A stretch of DNA of 64,000 nt from Epiperipatus broadwayi (lineage: Eukaryota; Animalia; Onychophora): contig JAQFVV010000003.1 in NCBI GenBank assembly GCA_028023455.1, positions 13,206,001 to 13,270,000 of the forward strand, written 5' to 3'. The notes under the pieces are model-generated. The model worked only from the letters and a program-made list of their open reading frames with translations, searched no databases and was not told the DNA's origin. Below, piece by piece: positions 38,025 to 52,639 of the stretch. Within the stretch, counting starts at the first letter, position 1. The number at the start of each line of letters is the position of its first letter. The translations under genes and the position numbers were made by a program.

Positions 38025-38658
38025 GAGCTTAATTGTAAGTATAGGGGATTTGAACTCAGGTTTTCAAGCACCCTTCAACTATTCACACTATCTCATACAA
38101 CTGATACACATGACCACACATGTAGAAAAGATAAATAATCACTAATATACATATTTCATGCTAAACCAGCACTTATCAGTTGATCCAGATTATCATCTCC
38201 CACATATATATATATAGTCAGTGTTCAGTTTATATTAAGATAGCAAATCTTCATACTTTAATGGACAGGCTTCAATTTATTCCAACCTCCAACTTTTCAG
38301 CCATTGATGTCATTATTGCCATGCCCATGTTGACCAAGTCATTCTGACCCCTCAGGTATAGGACCATATCCATTTAAATACTTAGAAGAGGGATGGGTAG
38401 GATACAAGCTTGATGTGTAAATATTTGAAATCCAGACACTTTTCACAAACCTGAGCTTAATTGTAAGTATAGAGGATTTGAACTCAGATTTTCAAGCAAT
38501 AATATTGGCATCAGCATGGGATTTGGGTTTTCATGATCAGATTTTCAATGATATGGCTGGTTGAAAAGTTGAAGGTTGGAGTAGATTGAAACCTGTCCAT
38601 TAAAGTATGAAGATTTGCTGTCTTAATATCTGAGTTCAAATCCCCTATATTTGTAATG
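38025..38658. repeat. Family C variant: ~428 bp unit plus inverted partial arm; HHR on the minus strand (38141-38183, core CTGATAA)
   Basis: gagcttaattgtaagtata recurs at 38025 and 38453. ctgtccattaaagtatgaagatt (~38593) is inverted relative to ~38245-38267. Confidence 0.85.
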
Positions 38659-41604
38659 CAATATATAAATAAATATTGAAGGGGGATGAGTGATAAGGAA
38701 ACAAAGAGTAAGAATGTTCAAATAAACTTACAGTAGTTCTGCTTCATCCAATGTCAAAAAAACTACGAATTTTATCTCTATATTAAAAAAAATTAAATTA
38801 AAATTTAAAAACTCAGAAATTCATTCATTTCACATTTACTTGCTAATGCAGTAAAGTAACAATCATAGTATGATTGCAGTAAATGCATTATTAGCACACA
38901 CCATGTCACTATTGTGAATTAGAAAAGTAAAATTTTTAATTATTCAACATATAAAGTTAATGATGATACTATCAACTTTAAAAGAAGCCATGAAGTTTTT
39001 TATCTATGTAATAAAATAATTAGGTTTGAAATTTAAAAAATCACATGCTAAACTGGCTATCTGTTCAATAAGAATAAATCTATTCCTAAATAATAATAAA
39101 AAAGAAATCTGTGTCAGCATTACTCATGTTTCTAAAACTGCTAATGTTACATTCATATAGAAAAAAAATTAATTCATGGCTGGAAGTTATGAATAGAGTT
39201 TCGTGCCAAAAAGTACTGGGTATATACCAAAACTTTAATAAAAGCTCTATTGATAAATGTGGCTCCAGGTCATTTAAAGCAAGTAAAAGGTAATTGCATA
39301 GTTTCAGAAATCAGTATTATCTTAATAACATCAAAAAACATTCACACATATATCCATCTAGATTCGAATATAGTATATACATAATGTAAAAATGATCTTT
39401 CTCCCCTTCAATTTATTAGTCCATTGATATTTATCATATATGCAATATTCTATTTTTTGTTAATTATTTTTGTTCATGTCTTAATGTGAATTATTTTTAA
39501 TTAAATTGTATTGTAAATACATATATATATATATGAAAAACATCTGTCCTATATATTTACTGTATATTTTTTGCTCTTTTTTTAATCTCAACTTCCATTG
39601 TATTGCAACTATCTACCAGTATAAAAAAAAACTTATCTGTATACATTAAAAACACTACTACTCATGATATTCCAATGCTCATATGAATGTTAGATTCCAA
39701 ATAGCATGATTATGATGGGCTTACTATAATGCCTGAATTAAATAATATAATCTTTTTTAAGATTATCAAGATGGAAGAACTGGTAAAGTAGAAGAAATTA
39801 TAATCAGTAGGTTAAATCTTCATCTGTGCTGTATGATCTGTAGTTTATGTAGTGACTAAATACAAAAAGTTTACATTATAGTGGATATGTTAAACTGAAA
39901 TTTTATGGATTATAGTCGTATTAAACTAATTAAAATTGGTGTTATTTTACTTCTTCAGATTATTATGAAAATAGCAATGGTGAATTAGAATAAATATTAT
40001 TAGTGAGAATAAAAAAAAATGATTTTTTTTCTTCTGTATTGTAAAGATTATCTGTAAGAAAGATGTAAGGAGAAATTAAGACAAAATTACCCTATATAAA
40101 TTAAAATTGACTGTATTAATAAATATGAAATATATGTTATTTTGATTAAGTAATTATTTATTAGAATATATAATTTATCAATAGAGACATTAAATTTATA
40201 ATGTTATAACCACATAGTAAAAACAAAGAATTGTAATATTGATGTATATATTTCTAAAATTAAGATTTGATTAGATTTTTTCTGTTGTATTTATATTTTG
40301 ATCGTGAACTTGTAAATTACAATTTTTTAAATCCGTTCGTACTAAAACTTGAAGAAACTATTCTGTACTGGATTGATAATAATAATGATGATGATGACAT
40401 TGTGCTAATAATATATATTGTATTGATTTTTAAACATTTAAAAAAAAATATTTTTTAATAATATCAGAATATTAATGAAAGTTAAATGTTTCATTTTATG
40501 AACAATTTTCTCACTCAACAATTTTGATATATCTAATACAATGATTTTAAATATATTAAAATTGAATTTTGGATAGTTGAAACTGAAATTATCATAAAAA
40601 AAGTCAGAGCAGAAGAAAACTATGTACGTATATATAAATGAAATTATATTTTTAGAGTGCAGAGGTAATGCATTAACCTATGATGCCTACAGCCTAAGTT
40701 TAAACTCCAGATGAATTTAATCAAAGTTAGGATTTTCTTTTCTGGTTCATAGCTAATCAGCTAATTGTCCAATATTGGTTGATACATTAGATTTAGCTAT
40801 TCTTAGCTAGAGAATAAAATTAAACTATACAAACTATCATTATTCAAAAATTGGTATGGAATGTGCTTTTGCTTTCTTTGTTTTTCCACTATTTTTCTAT
40901 GGAAAGTACTTTTACCTGATATGAGATATTTAAAATTTGCTTTATCTTTAATTGCACATTCCATTTATATATATTTAATGTAATAAGTACATATAGTTTT
41001 TACTCTAATGAAGAAAACAAATGTTGATGATTGATGAAATATATGCCTGGAGAGCCATAGATGACAAGAAATACAAAATTATTTTCGACAATATAATAAT
41101 CAAAAGATGTGTCACTTGGAAAGTTATGCAACATTTGAGCACAGAAAGTGATGGAATTAATATGCATTTCATGGATCTTTAATTCTTGAGTCTGCCATCT
41201 AAACATGCAGGGAATTTGGATGCATGTGTTTGGACATACATTTGAATATTGATTACTAAATTCGTCCATGCTATGCTAATCTGTTCAGAATTAGTGTCTT
41301 AGTTTAGAATATTTCTATGCATATGATATTCCTAATGCCTTAATTGCTAAGATGGATATTCATCAAGTTGGATTTCTTGCATATATTTTAACCAATTATT
41401 TTAAAAACTTGGCTTAGGACTAATTCAATTTAAAGACAAAATTATGGAATAACCTTTAATTGTAAATAATAAAGAAGTAATATTAATTATAATATTAGTT
41501 ATCTTATTTGGCACAAATGTTATATATATGTAAAGAGAGTGAACAAAATAATGAGAACACTTGCAGCCTACAACAAAATTACATATCAATGTAGTAACTT
41601 TTTT

Positions 41605-42002
41605 ATCACATGATCACCATTTTTTATGCTTACACAATCTGTTTACATAGAGGCTAAACTCTCCATACAGTAGGACCACTCAGTGCAAGCCAAAGTAATC
41701 AATGGATGCAGGAAGATTTGTGCATAAAATCCATATCTAGTGCCTATTTATCCAATATCCCCAGACTAGTTGCTAGCTTGTGGCATTCATCAGTGAGGAG
41801 CTTGGATCTGAGATCACTGCACTTAGATCTTAGGATCTAATGCACCCTCTAGCAGCCATGTTTTACCTTATTAGCTAGCTATAAATAGTCCAAAATAAAA
41901 ACACAAGCTAGAAACTAATCTGGGGATATTAGATGAGTAGCTACTAGATAGGGATTTTATGCACAAACCTTCCTGAATGGAGAGTTTAGCCTCTGTATAA
42001 AC
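41605..42002. repeat. Family A fold-back with a degenerate HHR on the minus strand (41759-41798) and a half HHR on the plus strand
   Basis: gaggctaaactctcca is mirrored by tggagagtttagcctc; minus strand reads CCTCA-CTGATGA-ATGCCACAAGCTA-GcAA-CTAG-TC-TGGGG. Confidence 0.85.
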
Positions 42003-43004
42003 TTTTTTTATATTAAACTCTAAGAATAAAAAGAATAGCTGACTGTTGACATCATTTTCATCAGTTTGATAGAAGAAATAGAGTTAATGTTTTAAAAAGG
42101 ATCAATTTGGGATTGATTATTTGACATATTGGTGAGAAAAGCTATTGAATTGTTTAATATTTTAAGGTAAAGATCTCAATAGATGACTTCACACTAACTA
42201 ATATGGTAGAACTATGGTAGAAATTTTGTGCTTACTGACAGGGATATTCTCAAGTATTGTAGGCAAAAAAAAAAAAAAACTACTACTAAACAACAATAGT
42301 AATCAATGCACATCTGAATAATTCAATGCCTATTAAAATCTGTTGTGATATTTACAATTAGAACATTTATGATTGCTGGTTCTTATGTGAATGCCAGATC
42401 ATAAAAGTGATTGTACTGAGAGTATAAAAATTAGAGAATATATGGCAGCATATTATTGGTTAAATGAATAGTGCTTTTCTTGTTTTGACATTTTTACTCT
42501 GTGCTGAAAGCTAAGTTGAACCTTTTTACTTTTTATATGATTAATCGTTTGAGATCATCAATATAAAGATTGCTTACTTGTTGTATGAAAGTGAGAGTAA
42601 ATTGTGATTATGACAAATATATATAATTGCATTTGGATAGATCGGAAATTGTTAATGTTTAGAAAGTATTTCATTCACCATTTTAAATATAGAACTAAAA
42701 AAAAATTATTTTGTTGAATGTATGTTAATGTAAGAATTTTTTATAACTAAGTTGTATAGAAGATTAGTTGTTTTTTTTAGTAAATTTTCTACTAAATTTT
42801 TTTTCTTTAATTTAAGAAAGGGGGTGATTTTTTGAGGAAAAAGATAATGTTTTGGAGGCCCATGGTCGGATAACACGTTATCGATCGATCATCATTGAAA
42901 GAAAGTAAAGTTTTTATCCTTCTATGCAAAGGAATTTGAAGAATAGGAGAGAAAGTATAAAGTCAAATATAGAGTAAGTGACTTGGAAAATAAGGAATAT
43001 GGAT

Positions 43005-43940
43005 TGCATTTGTATTCGACAATGCATATATAATGATGAGAAATAAATGAGTTCTGCTGTTGTAGAGTGTACTGTATGTGATGAGGTTTATCACTTGAAA
43101 TGTTTAAATATGACTAGGCAGGATGTAACAGGTTTATGATTATGTAGACAGTGTGTAAATGTGATAAAAAAGGTGAAAAAATGGTTTCTAAGTGTAGGTA
43201 GTTTAAAGAGAAAGTCAGGAGAAATAGAGCAAAATATAATCAAGAAAGATAGGATAGAGTAATTGTGGTGGAGTGACAGGAGATATGGATAAAAACATTA
43301 GTAGTGAAATTGAGATGGTTATCCAAAGAATAAGTAAGATAGAGGAAGAGGTAAAGGATGTTGAAACAAAATTAAAATTGTTAGAGACAAAGTGTGAGCA
43401 GATGAAGGAATTATTGAATAGTAATGATAAGGAAGAAGTAGATAATGAAGTCCAGAAGGTGGTAGAGAATGTTATGGATGAAACAGAGAAAGTAGACTAT
43501 GAGACAGTATTGATAGGAGATTCATTAATTAGAGAATGTGGAGATATAATTGCAAGGGAAAATAGAAACAGATAAGTAAGAGTATGTTTGCCTGGAACTA
43601 GAATTAGGGATGTTATAGCTAAAGTAAAGAAGCAAGGAAGTAGAGATATGTATGTTATGATAAGGACTAATAATTTGTCAGAATCATCAGAGAGAGTAAT
43701 GGATGAGTGCATAGAATTGATTAGGAATTTGAGTAAGATTAAAGGAAGAGTAGGAATAGTCGAATTATTAACCAAGATTTGACAAGATGTAGATGTTAGA
43801 TAGAGCATGTTCTATAAATGAGAGATTGAAAAGATTATGTGAGAGAAATGATGTCATGTTTGTGGATGTGTGGGATTTTTTTTATTGGAAAGAGGGAATT
43901 ATGTAGTAAAGATGGATTGCACTTAGAAAAACCAGGAGGT
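43005..43940 (+). pseudogene. LINE ORF1: PHD finger and SGNH hydrolase
   Basis: CIC...ECTVCDEVYHLKC...(W)LCRQC at 43005-43155; LIGDS at ~43510-43524; RTNN block; DGLH at 43911-43922. Confidence 0.85.
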
Positions 43941-44199
43941 GAAGTTTAGAAAGTTGATTTATAAAGAATATAGTTTGGGAAACATATAAAGAGAGATAGT
44001 GTTTTAAGTGGCAGTGTTATCAAAAAGAAACAGAAGAATGGACAGGATGTAATAAATAATCAAAGAGTAGTTGATTTAGATGTAAATGTAGATGTGGAGA
44101 AGGAATGGGTCTGTAAAATCAATAGTAAGCAAGTTATTTATAAATGCAATGGAGAAGAAAAAGTCAAAAGAATTTATAAAACAGTAGTTAGGAAAGAAA

Positions 44200-47100
44200 A
44201 AATTATTAAAATTGGGTATTTGAATATGCAAGATGGTAGAAAACCAGAAAAATGGCTGGAATTAAACAAAGCAATTAAAAATAAAGAGCTTGAGGTATTA
44301 GCAGTAATGGAAACTCATCTAAGAGAAGAAGAAGAACCTAATCTGGAAGACTTTTCTATGGCAGGGTATAAATAGAAAAGAAAAAAGGGATGGTAGTATA
44401 GGAGTTATATTAAAAAATATTTAAATATTGTTAAATGTCATGAACATTTGTGGTTTGAGATAAGGTTAAGAAGACAAGAAATGGATGGTGGTTATAATGT
44501 ATATAGCTATTAGAGATAGCCAAACTATAATGGAGTGGAACAGCAGCATATATGAATGCTTAGTTAAGGATATAGAGAGTTTCAAAGAAAAGGGGAAGAG
44601 AATAATGGTTATAGGGGATATGAATGGGCATATTGAAGAAATTGATGATATAAGTAATAAGAATGGACAGCTTTTGAAGAGTTTTTGTCAGAGATTGAAT
44701 TTGAGCATTGGAAATTTATCACATGTTTATGAGGGACAATACACATGGTCGAGAAATAATATATTCCACATAATAGATTATGTATTAGTAGAGAAAGAAG
44801 GAATGAATAAATTACAGAAAATTAAGGTGTTTGATAATGAAGGGAGAGTATATAATAGTGATCATAACTTCTTTATTGAAATGGTTAGTAATGTGATGGA
44901 AAATAGTAATAAAGGTAGAAAGGATAGTAAAAGATGTGGATGGAGAGAGAATGATAATAAGTTAGAAGAATATAAAACAAAAGTTGAAAAAACCATGGAA
45001 ATGTGGTTTTGGGATGAGTATAAGGATTGATATGGTAAAATAGAAAAAGTGGCAAATATGGTTTTAGGTAAGAATATTCAGAAAAATAAAAGTAATAGAA
45101 AAGTAAGAGTAAAAGTGTAAAAGAGTGAGAAAAAACATGCAGAGAATATAAGTGTGTTATTAAGAACAAAGAATGTGAAAAAGATGTTAATGCTAAATGG
45201 AAAAAGTATTTAGAAAAAAAGAAGTTGGCTGAAATAGATAATTATATAGAGAGAATGAAATTGAATAGTAAACTGTTAGAGGATATTAATAAAAGTAGAA
45301 GAGATGGGAATACAATATTTTGGAATACATTTAAAAAAGGAATGTAGATGGGAGAGAAATAGTTATTACTAGATAATGAGGGAATAGAGTGTAGCTCTAG
45401 AGAAGAATTAGAGATGTAATGGATATAGAAAAGATATTAGATGTAAAGGACAGAGTGAAAGCAAATATGAAGCATATAGTAATGGGAATATACAATTTAC
45501 AGAAAATGAACTGAGTGAGGCAGGTAAGAAATTGAAAGGTTGGAAGGCAAGAGATTTGGATGGATGGGCAGCAGAGACAGAGATGGTAATGAATTTAGGG
45601 CATATGGCAAAATTAGAACTATTATCATGTTTTAATAAGATGGCACAGAAGAGAGATTTTCTGAATAGTTGGAGTAATACAAGAGTAAGGCTACTATTTA
45701 AAGGAAAGGGTAAGGATCATAGAATGTTAAACAATTGTAGACTGATATTGGTACTGTCAGTGCTATATAAAGTTTTCTCATATATGGTGGCTGGAAGAGT
45801 TGTAAAATGGATAGAAGAAAATAATATAATAGAAGAAATGCAAGGAGATTTTCGATCAGATAGGCATATAGGAGATAGTTTATTTGTAGTTACACAACTT
45901 ATGAATGTTAGTAGGAATACAGGTAGATAGTTATATATGTTTTTATAGAGAGTAAATAGAAAGAGATTATGAGTAAGTTTAGTAAATTTGGGAATGGATG
46001 GAGCTTTAGCGGATATTATTAAGAAATTATATGAAAATAATTACTATACATATCAATTAGGGAATATAGAATCAGTTAAAGTTAAAAATGGGATGGGACT
46101 AAAGCAGTGATGCCCTATGTCACCTATTTTGCTTTTGTTGTATTTGAGAAAAATGGAGAGAGCAATAGAAAGACTAGAAAGAAGGGTAGAAATACCATTA
46201 ATAGATGGCAAGTGAGTTTATGTATTTTCGGGTCTTTTATTTGCAGATGTCTTTTTGTGTGCAGAAAGAAAGGAAGATATGAAAGTTATGCTGAGGACAT
46301 GTGCAAAGGTGGGAAAAGAGATGGGGATTAAATTTAGTGAAGAAAAATCCAAAGTAATGATGATTAATACTGGGGAAAGAGAAGACAACGAATTTTTATT
46401 GGGGGATATAAATTTAAGTGTGGTAAATAGATATAACTATTTGGGAATCATCTTAAGTAATCAGAGAAATTGCTTGAATGAATAGGAGAAAAAAATTGAT
46501 AAATTAAGCAAAGAAAAGAAAGTGATTGATAAAGAAATTAGCAGTGTTCTCATATAATAAATATGATGGAGCTAGAATTGTATGGAAGGGAGTTGCAGTA
46601 GCAGGGTTAACATATGGAAATGATGCATTATGTATTAGTAAAGGGATATTAGGTTACTTAGAAAAAGTACAAAGGGAAGTAGGAAGGCATGCATTAGATG
46701 CAGATGTGTGGACAACAAAGAAGGCAATTCAAGGAGAAATAGGATGGCCGTTTTTATATGAGAGATGCAAAAGGCAAAGTGACAATATTTGGTAGAGTGC
46801 TGTTTATGGATAATAAAAAATAGACAAAATAGTATTTAATTGGGTTATGAATAACATGCAAGCAACAAGATGGGTGAGAAAGGTAATGTAATATGCAGAA
46901 GATTTGCATAAAAAATTTATATAGTATACTTATACAAAAGGCAGGGTGATTGTGTTAGGAGAATTGTTGAGTGTTGTAGTGTTAAGGAATGGGATAGAAG
47001 AATATATGCATTAATAAAGAATAGGGAGTTGAAGTGGAGAACTAGTATGGAGAATAAAAAGAGTTTAAATATTTATAGAAGTAAACAGAATATTGGGTGC

Positions 47101-47460
47101 AAGTTAAATTATAATAATAGCAAGGCAAGTAGTTTACTGTTTAAGGTTCAAATGGGATCTTTAGCAACAAGGGAATATGCAAATAAATGAAAAAATATGG
47201 GTGATTTAGTCTGCAAGCTGTGTAAGAAAGGCACAGAAAATATTAGCGTATGTTAATTGACTGTAAATGTCTGAAGGCAGAAAGGGTACAAATAATGAAG
47301 TTGTGGATGAATAAATATAATCAAAGTGATTATACAGAAAGTGGGTTATTGGTTTTTATGCTGGGTTTGGGAACAGATAAGGGGGATTTAGATATAAAGG
47401 CTATGGAGTTGACAAAAATTATGTTGTGGAAATGGGATGGAGCAGAATACAAAAGAATGT
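44200..47460 (+). pseudogene. LINE ORF2: APE endonuclease + reverse transcriptase, multiple stops and frameshifts
   Basis: IGYLNMQ, VLAVMETHL, IGDMNGH, IDYVLV, SDHN; MQGDFR, GLKQ*CPMSP, LFAD; WKGVAVAGLTYG; terminal CKLC. Confidence 0.88.
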
Positions 47461-48203
47461 GGGAAAACAGAGTGGGGTATGGAAAGGTAAGTTGAAGTCT
47501 GGGCATAGTTGTTGAGAGATTCCTGACTCCATATAAGGAGAAGTCATAGTGCATCATATCATATCATTATTTATACTTTTTCCATCATAAAGATTTTTGT
47601 CTGGTGATTACCAAAAACCTGTCAATAAGTCTACTTTTCTCTCAGCTGCAAGGCAGTACTATTTTATGCAGCACTATCATGCTTTGATTCAATTAATTTT
47701 TTGTATGGACTCATTATAGTTACAAACTATTTAAATACACATTTTAGGTTTTCAGGTTTATCCAATGTTGGAATAACTAAAATACAATCATCTTCTAATT
47801 AAATATTTCCTAATTAAATATTGTTTTAAAAAGCATAAGTATAGTGTTACATCTTTCTCATGATTTACCCAATCATCTATTTGTTTACAAATTATAAATG
47901 TTTTATAAGTCATTTTTGATCAATAAATGCGAATTCAATTTCTTTTATTAGATTTTTTTTTTTTTTTTAGAGAACTAGACATATTTCTCAATAAGCTTAA
48001 TTTTTCCTCTAAGTAATGTTTCAGCATTATATAATTCAGCCCTACACACAATATAGCTACTCCTTGAAGCATAAGTGGTTCTTTATAAATTATAGTGTTC
48101 AACATGAATTCTAAAAAATTAGATCTGCTAATAAAGGAATTTGAAATGCATACTCTGATTTCTAAGTTTTCTTTATTTTTCTATGTAAGGAAGTATAAAA
48201 GAT

Positions 48204-48260
48204 TTTTGCTCTGAAGAAGTATAGTTAAAATTTTTGAGCCCCTATACAACATTTCAAAAA
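48204..48260 (+). ncRNA. Heavily degenerate hammerhead-like motif
   Basis: CTGAAGA-A-GTATAG...CTATAC-aacatttc; 6 bp stem II. The GAAA and palindrome are only explicable as decayed GAAACGTTTC. Confidence 0.3.
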
Positions 48261-50429
48261 ACGTCCTTTTTACTATATATATAACATATATCTTAAAACT
48301 TCTTTGAATATATATGAAACAAAAGAGCTCTAAATGTAGGGCTTATATGCATTGCCTTGCAATGAGCTATTTAAAAATGTTTTTGTCATATATATTTTAA
48401 AACCACCAAAAAACAGAAGCTTTCACATATAAATGTATGTATTCTATATATATATATAACTATTAAACTAACATATTTTACTAATAAGATCCTTAATTCT
48501 ATAATAATGCCAGTTTTAATTCTTTGAATTTTATAAAATTTATTTATTTTCACATAGTATAATTCCATATCATCTATTCGCATGATATCATTAATGTAAC
48601 AGTAATATAAAAATATAGTGTTTATGTTACATGTAGTTATGTAAAAGATAATGATTACTAAATATGTGGAAAAATAGTTATTGATAAAAAATTATCTTAA
48701 TAAAATAGAAATAAAAAATTTTGAGCAAGTAGTTTGCAATAAATAAGTTTATTTTTAAATATTTTATTATTGCAATAAATATTTTAGATAAGGATAAGAT
48801 TAATATGCCATAATGGTGAAAAATATCTAATAAAGTCAAAAATCAGTATTTAAAAATATTTTTATCTAGATTAAATGTGTGTGCATTAAATTTTTATCTG
48901 AGACTAGGCTAAAGTAATTAGGCAATAATAATACTGTGACCAAGTATCAATGGTTGATTATTTCACAATAGTTACCATTGTTTATCATTGTGCTGTGTAG
49001 ATTAGCATAATTGTAAAATATCTGAACTTGAGAATTTAAGGTTCCTAGACTGAAATTCATTGTCACCCTGTTGCTTATATGTTGTATTCATTTTCCCAAA
49101 CAACTAATGTTTTGATTGTTTTTCTCTTTGCTACTCAACACAGTGGTAAGGCAATTGATTCCAGAACTAAAGGTTTTTAAATTGAAGTCAAAACTTATCA
49201 CTCTGATGTTCAAATGTCACATGATCTCCCAAACTAGAAATCATTCAAAATATGTTATTGCTTAGCACTTCTTTAATGCAGTTTATTTTAGAAATTTGAT
49301 GCATTTCATACATTTTAATACACTTTTTACATCATTAAGAAAAAAATATTGCAGTGGTTAATATATTAAACTTTTATGTTCAAATCTAAATAGAGCAAAT
49401 TTTTTTCGGTAGTTGACTTTTTTAGAGAGCTTATTTATATAGATAATCTAATTAGATATTTAATATTGACCATATCTATAGACATAGCTATTCTTAGCTC
49501 AAATTTACTAGAAGTCACTTCTCCATGTTTCAGTATAAATTGATAGATATTAAAATGTATCATCTCAATTTATTAATTACCAATTGATGTCAAAAATTAA
49601 AGACAAAGAGTGATTATAAAACTTTTAAGCATTGATGCTAAGCTGCATAAATTCTGTGTAACTCTCAATAGAAGTCCCACATTATCTAAAAAAAAAAAAG
49701 TATTATTAACTTTATAGATAGAGTATAATTTTTGGATTTAATAATTTAGAGTTTTGTTTTTGCAAAGTTTATTTTTGGAATTAAGATCGATTAAAATATG
49801 GATTATCTGTATATACCTTATATTTATATATATATATATTTAACTGTTAATAATTTTGATAACACTTTGAGTGGTTATTTGCTTTGTTTTGATATATGTT
49901 ATTCAATTTTTCATGGCATCCATGCAATTTAAACTTAGTTATAAAAAAAGTGAAGATTATTAAAAAAGGGTTTGGATAATGGTACCATTACCTAAAACTG
50001 ATGACAAAAATTTATTGTGTAGCAATATATTGTCATCATATTTTATGAATTATATTAAATATATACATTAAGCATCATATTGTATGAATGTTGTGTGATA
50101 AATTGACAATCTGAGAAATATTTTAAATGTAGTCCTCTGTACTTTACATTAAATTGTAAGTTAGTTCCAGTGCAAATTTTCCAGATTATTCTTTTTCATT
50201 ACACATGTTTTAAACTTCTAGTCATCTGATGAACATATATTAATGAGACAGTTTGGTCTAGAAAATTTTTACACTGCATAATAGATCATGATTTAATAAT
50301 ATGCTAAAAATGAATATGTTTTAAATTTAAAAGATTTGATTGATTATAAATAAGTATTATCATATAAATTGCTATTAATAATATCAGCATTGTACATATT
50401 AATATATCATTAAAAACCAGTAAACATTT

Positions 50430-51050
50430 AGACAATCCCAATATTAATAACAATCAAGAATTTAAAACTGTTCTCAAGGCAACCTCCTTTTAACAATACA
50501 GGTGGAATCCCACTTTGGATGAAATTAATTATAGAATTAAAATTTCAAGGAGTTCTTTTGGGGAAATAACTTGATATAAGTACAAAATTTGCATATGTGT
50601 CTGAAAAGTATTTTTAATAAATATAGCCTACTAGTACTTATTCATAATTCAGAGATTTAGAAGACTTAATAGAAAAACAATGCAAATTAATGAGAAGAAT
50701 GGGAAATAAAAAAGGCAAGTGATCAATGGTCATTATTGGTGGTAGGAAAAAATTGAGAGAATGAAAGGGAACTGGTCTGGGCATATTATTCAGAAAAATT
50801 GAATAGATTATTTGCTCATGATTTTATAGGAAGTTTCAGCACCATAATGACAGAAGTGTGGCTATGGTCCATAGACCCTGAGCTTCAGAATCTGACAATC
50901 TATAACTGCAACAAACAAGATAGGACAGTATTTTTAGAAAAGATGACAATAAATAAATATCTGAAATTCTAATTGGACTCCATGGGATTTTAGGAGACTT
51001 AAAAAGAAACGACATACAATATGGGGAAGTTGCTGGAGTGAGAGATGCTA
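50430..51050 (+). mobile_element. Decayed RTE-like LINE 3' remnant
   Basis: MKGNWSGHIIQK and ILNWTPWDFRR resemble the W.WAGH..R and L.W.P motifs. Confidence 0.5.
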
Positions 51051-52381
51051 GAAATCCTGGATTAAATTCAGATCATCCTGTAATAAATTGTGAATTGTTG
51101 GAAAATTATACATACAATCTCAAAAGCATATAGATGTAGCACAGTATTAAAAAATGTTTTCCATATAATAGTTTGAATTATAATTTAAATCTTTGTATTA
51201 GCAAAGTTCAGATATTTATTTATCTAAGTTTAAATTGCTCTAAGACGAATACATATTGCATATATATTTAGTATTTAATTGTGTCTACAGATTAACACCA
51301 TAAAACAAATAAATCACAAAATAATTATCAGAATAAGAAGTTGTAATTACTATTTAAATTGTTTTAATGAATGTTTGAGATTGTTTTTACTTTCAATAGA
51401 GATATTTAATAAGTAAGCTTTGCTTTGCAAGAAAGTACTGGAGCATCTGATAATTACAAATGTATATATACAGAGATCAAATCTCTGTTTCATCTGATGA
51501 GGATAGCTATAGTTACTTCAATGTTATTTGTTGCACACACATATATATATACATACAGGATTACTTAAAAAGTTTTAATTAGTTTTTCCGAAATATTTTA
51601 AATAATATAGTGTATATATAAGCCATGAAAGCTATACACAATTACATATAATCACTTTTTAAATATATTTTAAGCAGTTGTTTCACAGAAATCAGATATT
51701 TTTGGCATCCAATAATAGAGGACTTCAATTTTAAATAAATAATAAAAAAGCATAATTTACAGCACATTCTAGATCAGTTTATGAATTACTTAACTGCAAA
51801 CTTTGACTAATATTGTCATAAAATCTCAATCTTTTTTAAAGAACTGGATATAGGAATAGTACCAGGAACAGCAACAAAAGAAACAGAAGGAGAAAATAAA
51901 AATTATAAAAATCTTTTTGAGAGACCTCAAAATGAAATTCCAATAGCATCTAAAAAAGAAGAAAATTACTATAATGTTTACATAGATAGTGAAAGTGGGA
52001 ACAAATTTTTTTGAGAGAATTTGTTTTCAAAAGTAAATTTGCTAAAATATGCTAATGGACAAATTATAACTGAAGTAACAAAGACTATGAATTAGGTTTG
52101 AGATCAAAGATGTGATCACAAGAAATGATATTGAATCAAAAACATTAAATTATGTGAATCAAGAATCTACATGTAGCCTACACAGATTGAAAGACCTCAT
52201 TTTAGGGGTACTTCCAAGAAAGAATGGTAGAGAAAATACCATATCTACTGGTTCTTTTTCACATTTTTAAACAAATATATTTATATATAACATATCATTT
52301 GAGATAATACAAACTTGACTGGAAATGTTAGAGTATTTGCCAATATTTTTGGGAGCTAGATAATGTATATATAAAAATATG

Positions 52382-52639
52382 AAAATATTTAATAAATGGA
52401 GTTTTCCATTCTATATTTTTTGGTTAAAACTACTACTACCTTTTTATTTAGAATAGCAGCCAATCATATTTAGCTGTCTAGGGCTGAGAGTGCATTATCA
52501 GCACTAAGATACAATCAAAAGTGTAGCCAGTGTACTCTCAGCTCTAAGCAGCTAAATCTGATTGATTGCTGTTCCAAAATATGATTGTAGTTTTCAACTC
52601 AAAAATATAAAATAGAAAACTTCATGTTTTAAATATTTT
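52382..52639. repeat. Family G fold-back/MITE-like element (arms ~52382-52495 and ~52529-52639)
   Basis: gcagccaatcatatttagctg...gctgagagtgca is mirrored by tgtactctcagc...cagctaaatctgattgattgc. Confidence 0.75.

Larger units (their letters stand above)
42830..47570 (+). mobile_element. Near full-length decayed LINE: ORF1 (PHD + coiled coil + SGNH esterase) and ORF2 (APE + RT + C-terminal CxxC); CR1/L2 or RTEX type, clade unresolved
   Basis: CpG-containing 5' UTR near 42860; strongly purine-rich plus strand; short (ATATC)n-like tail at ~47552-47570; domain motifs as in the two ORF features. Confidence 0.9.

Noticed and set aside
41000-41269. 89-aa minus-strand ORF
   Set aside because: No recognisable motif; probably the opposite strand of decayed repeat sequence.
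51494-51530. CTGATGA followed by a weak hairpin
   Set aside because: No GAAA and no helix I; the same holds for hits at ~27871, ~50225 and ~60750.
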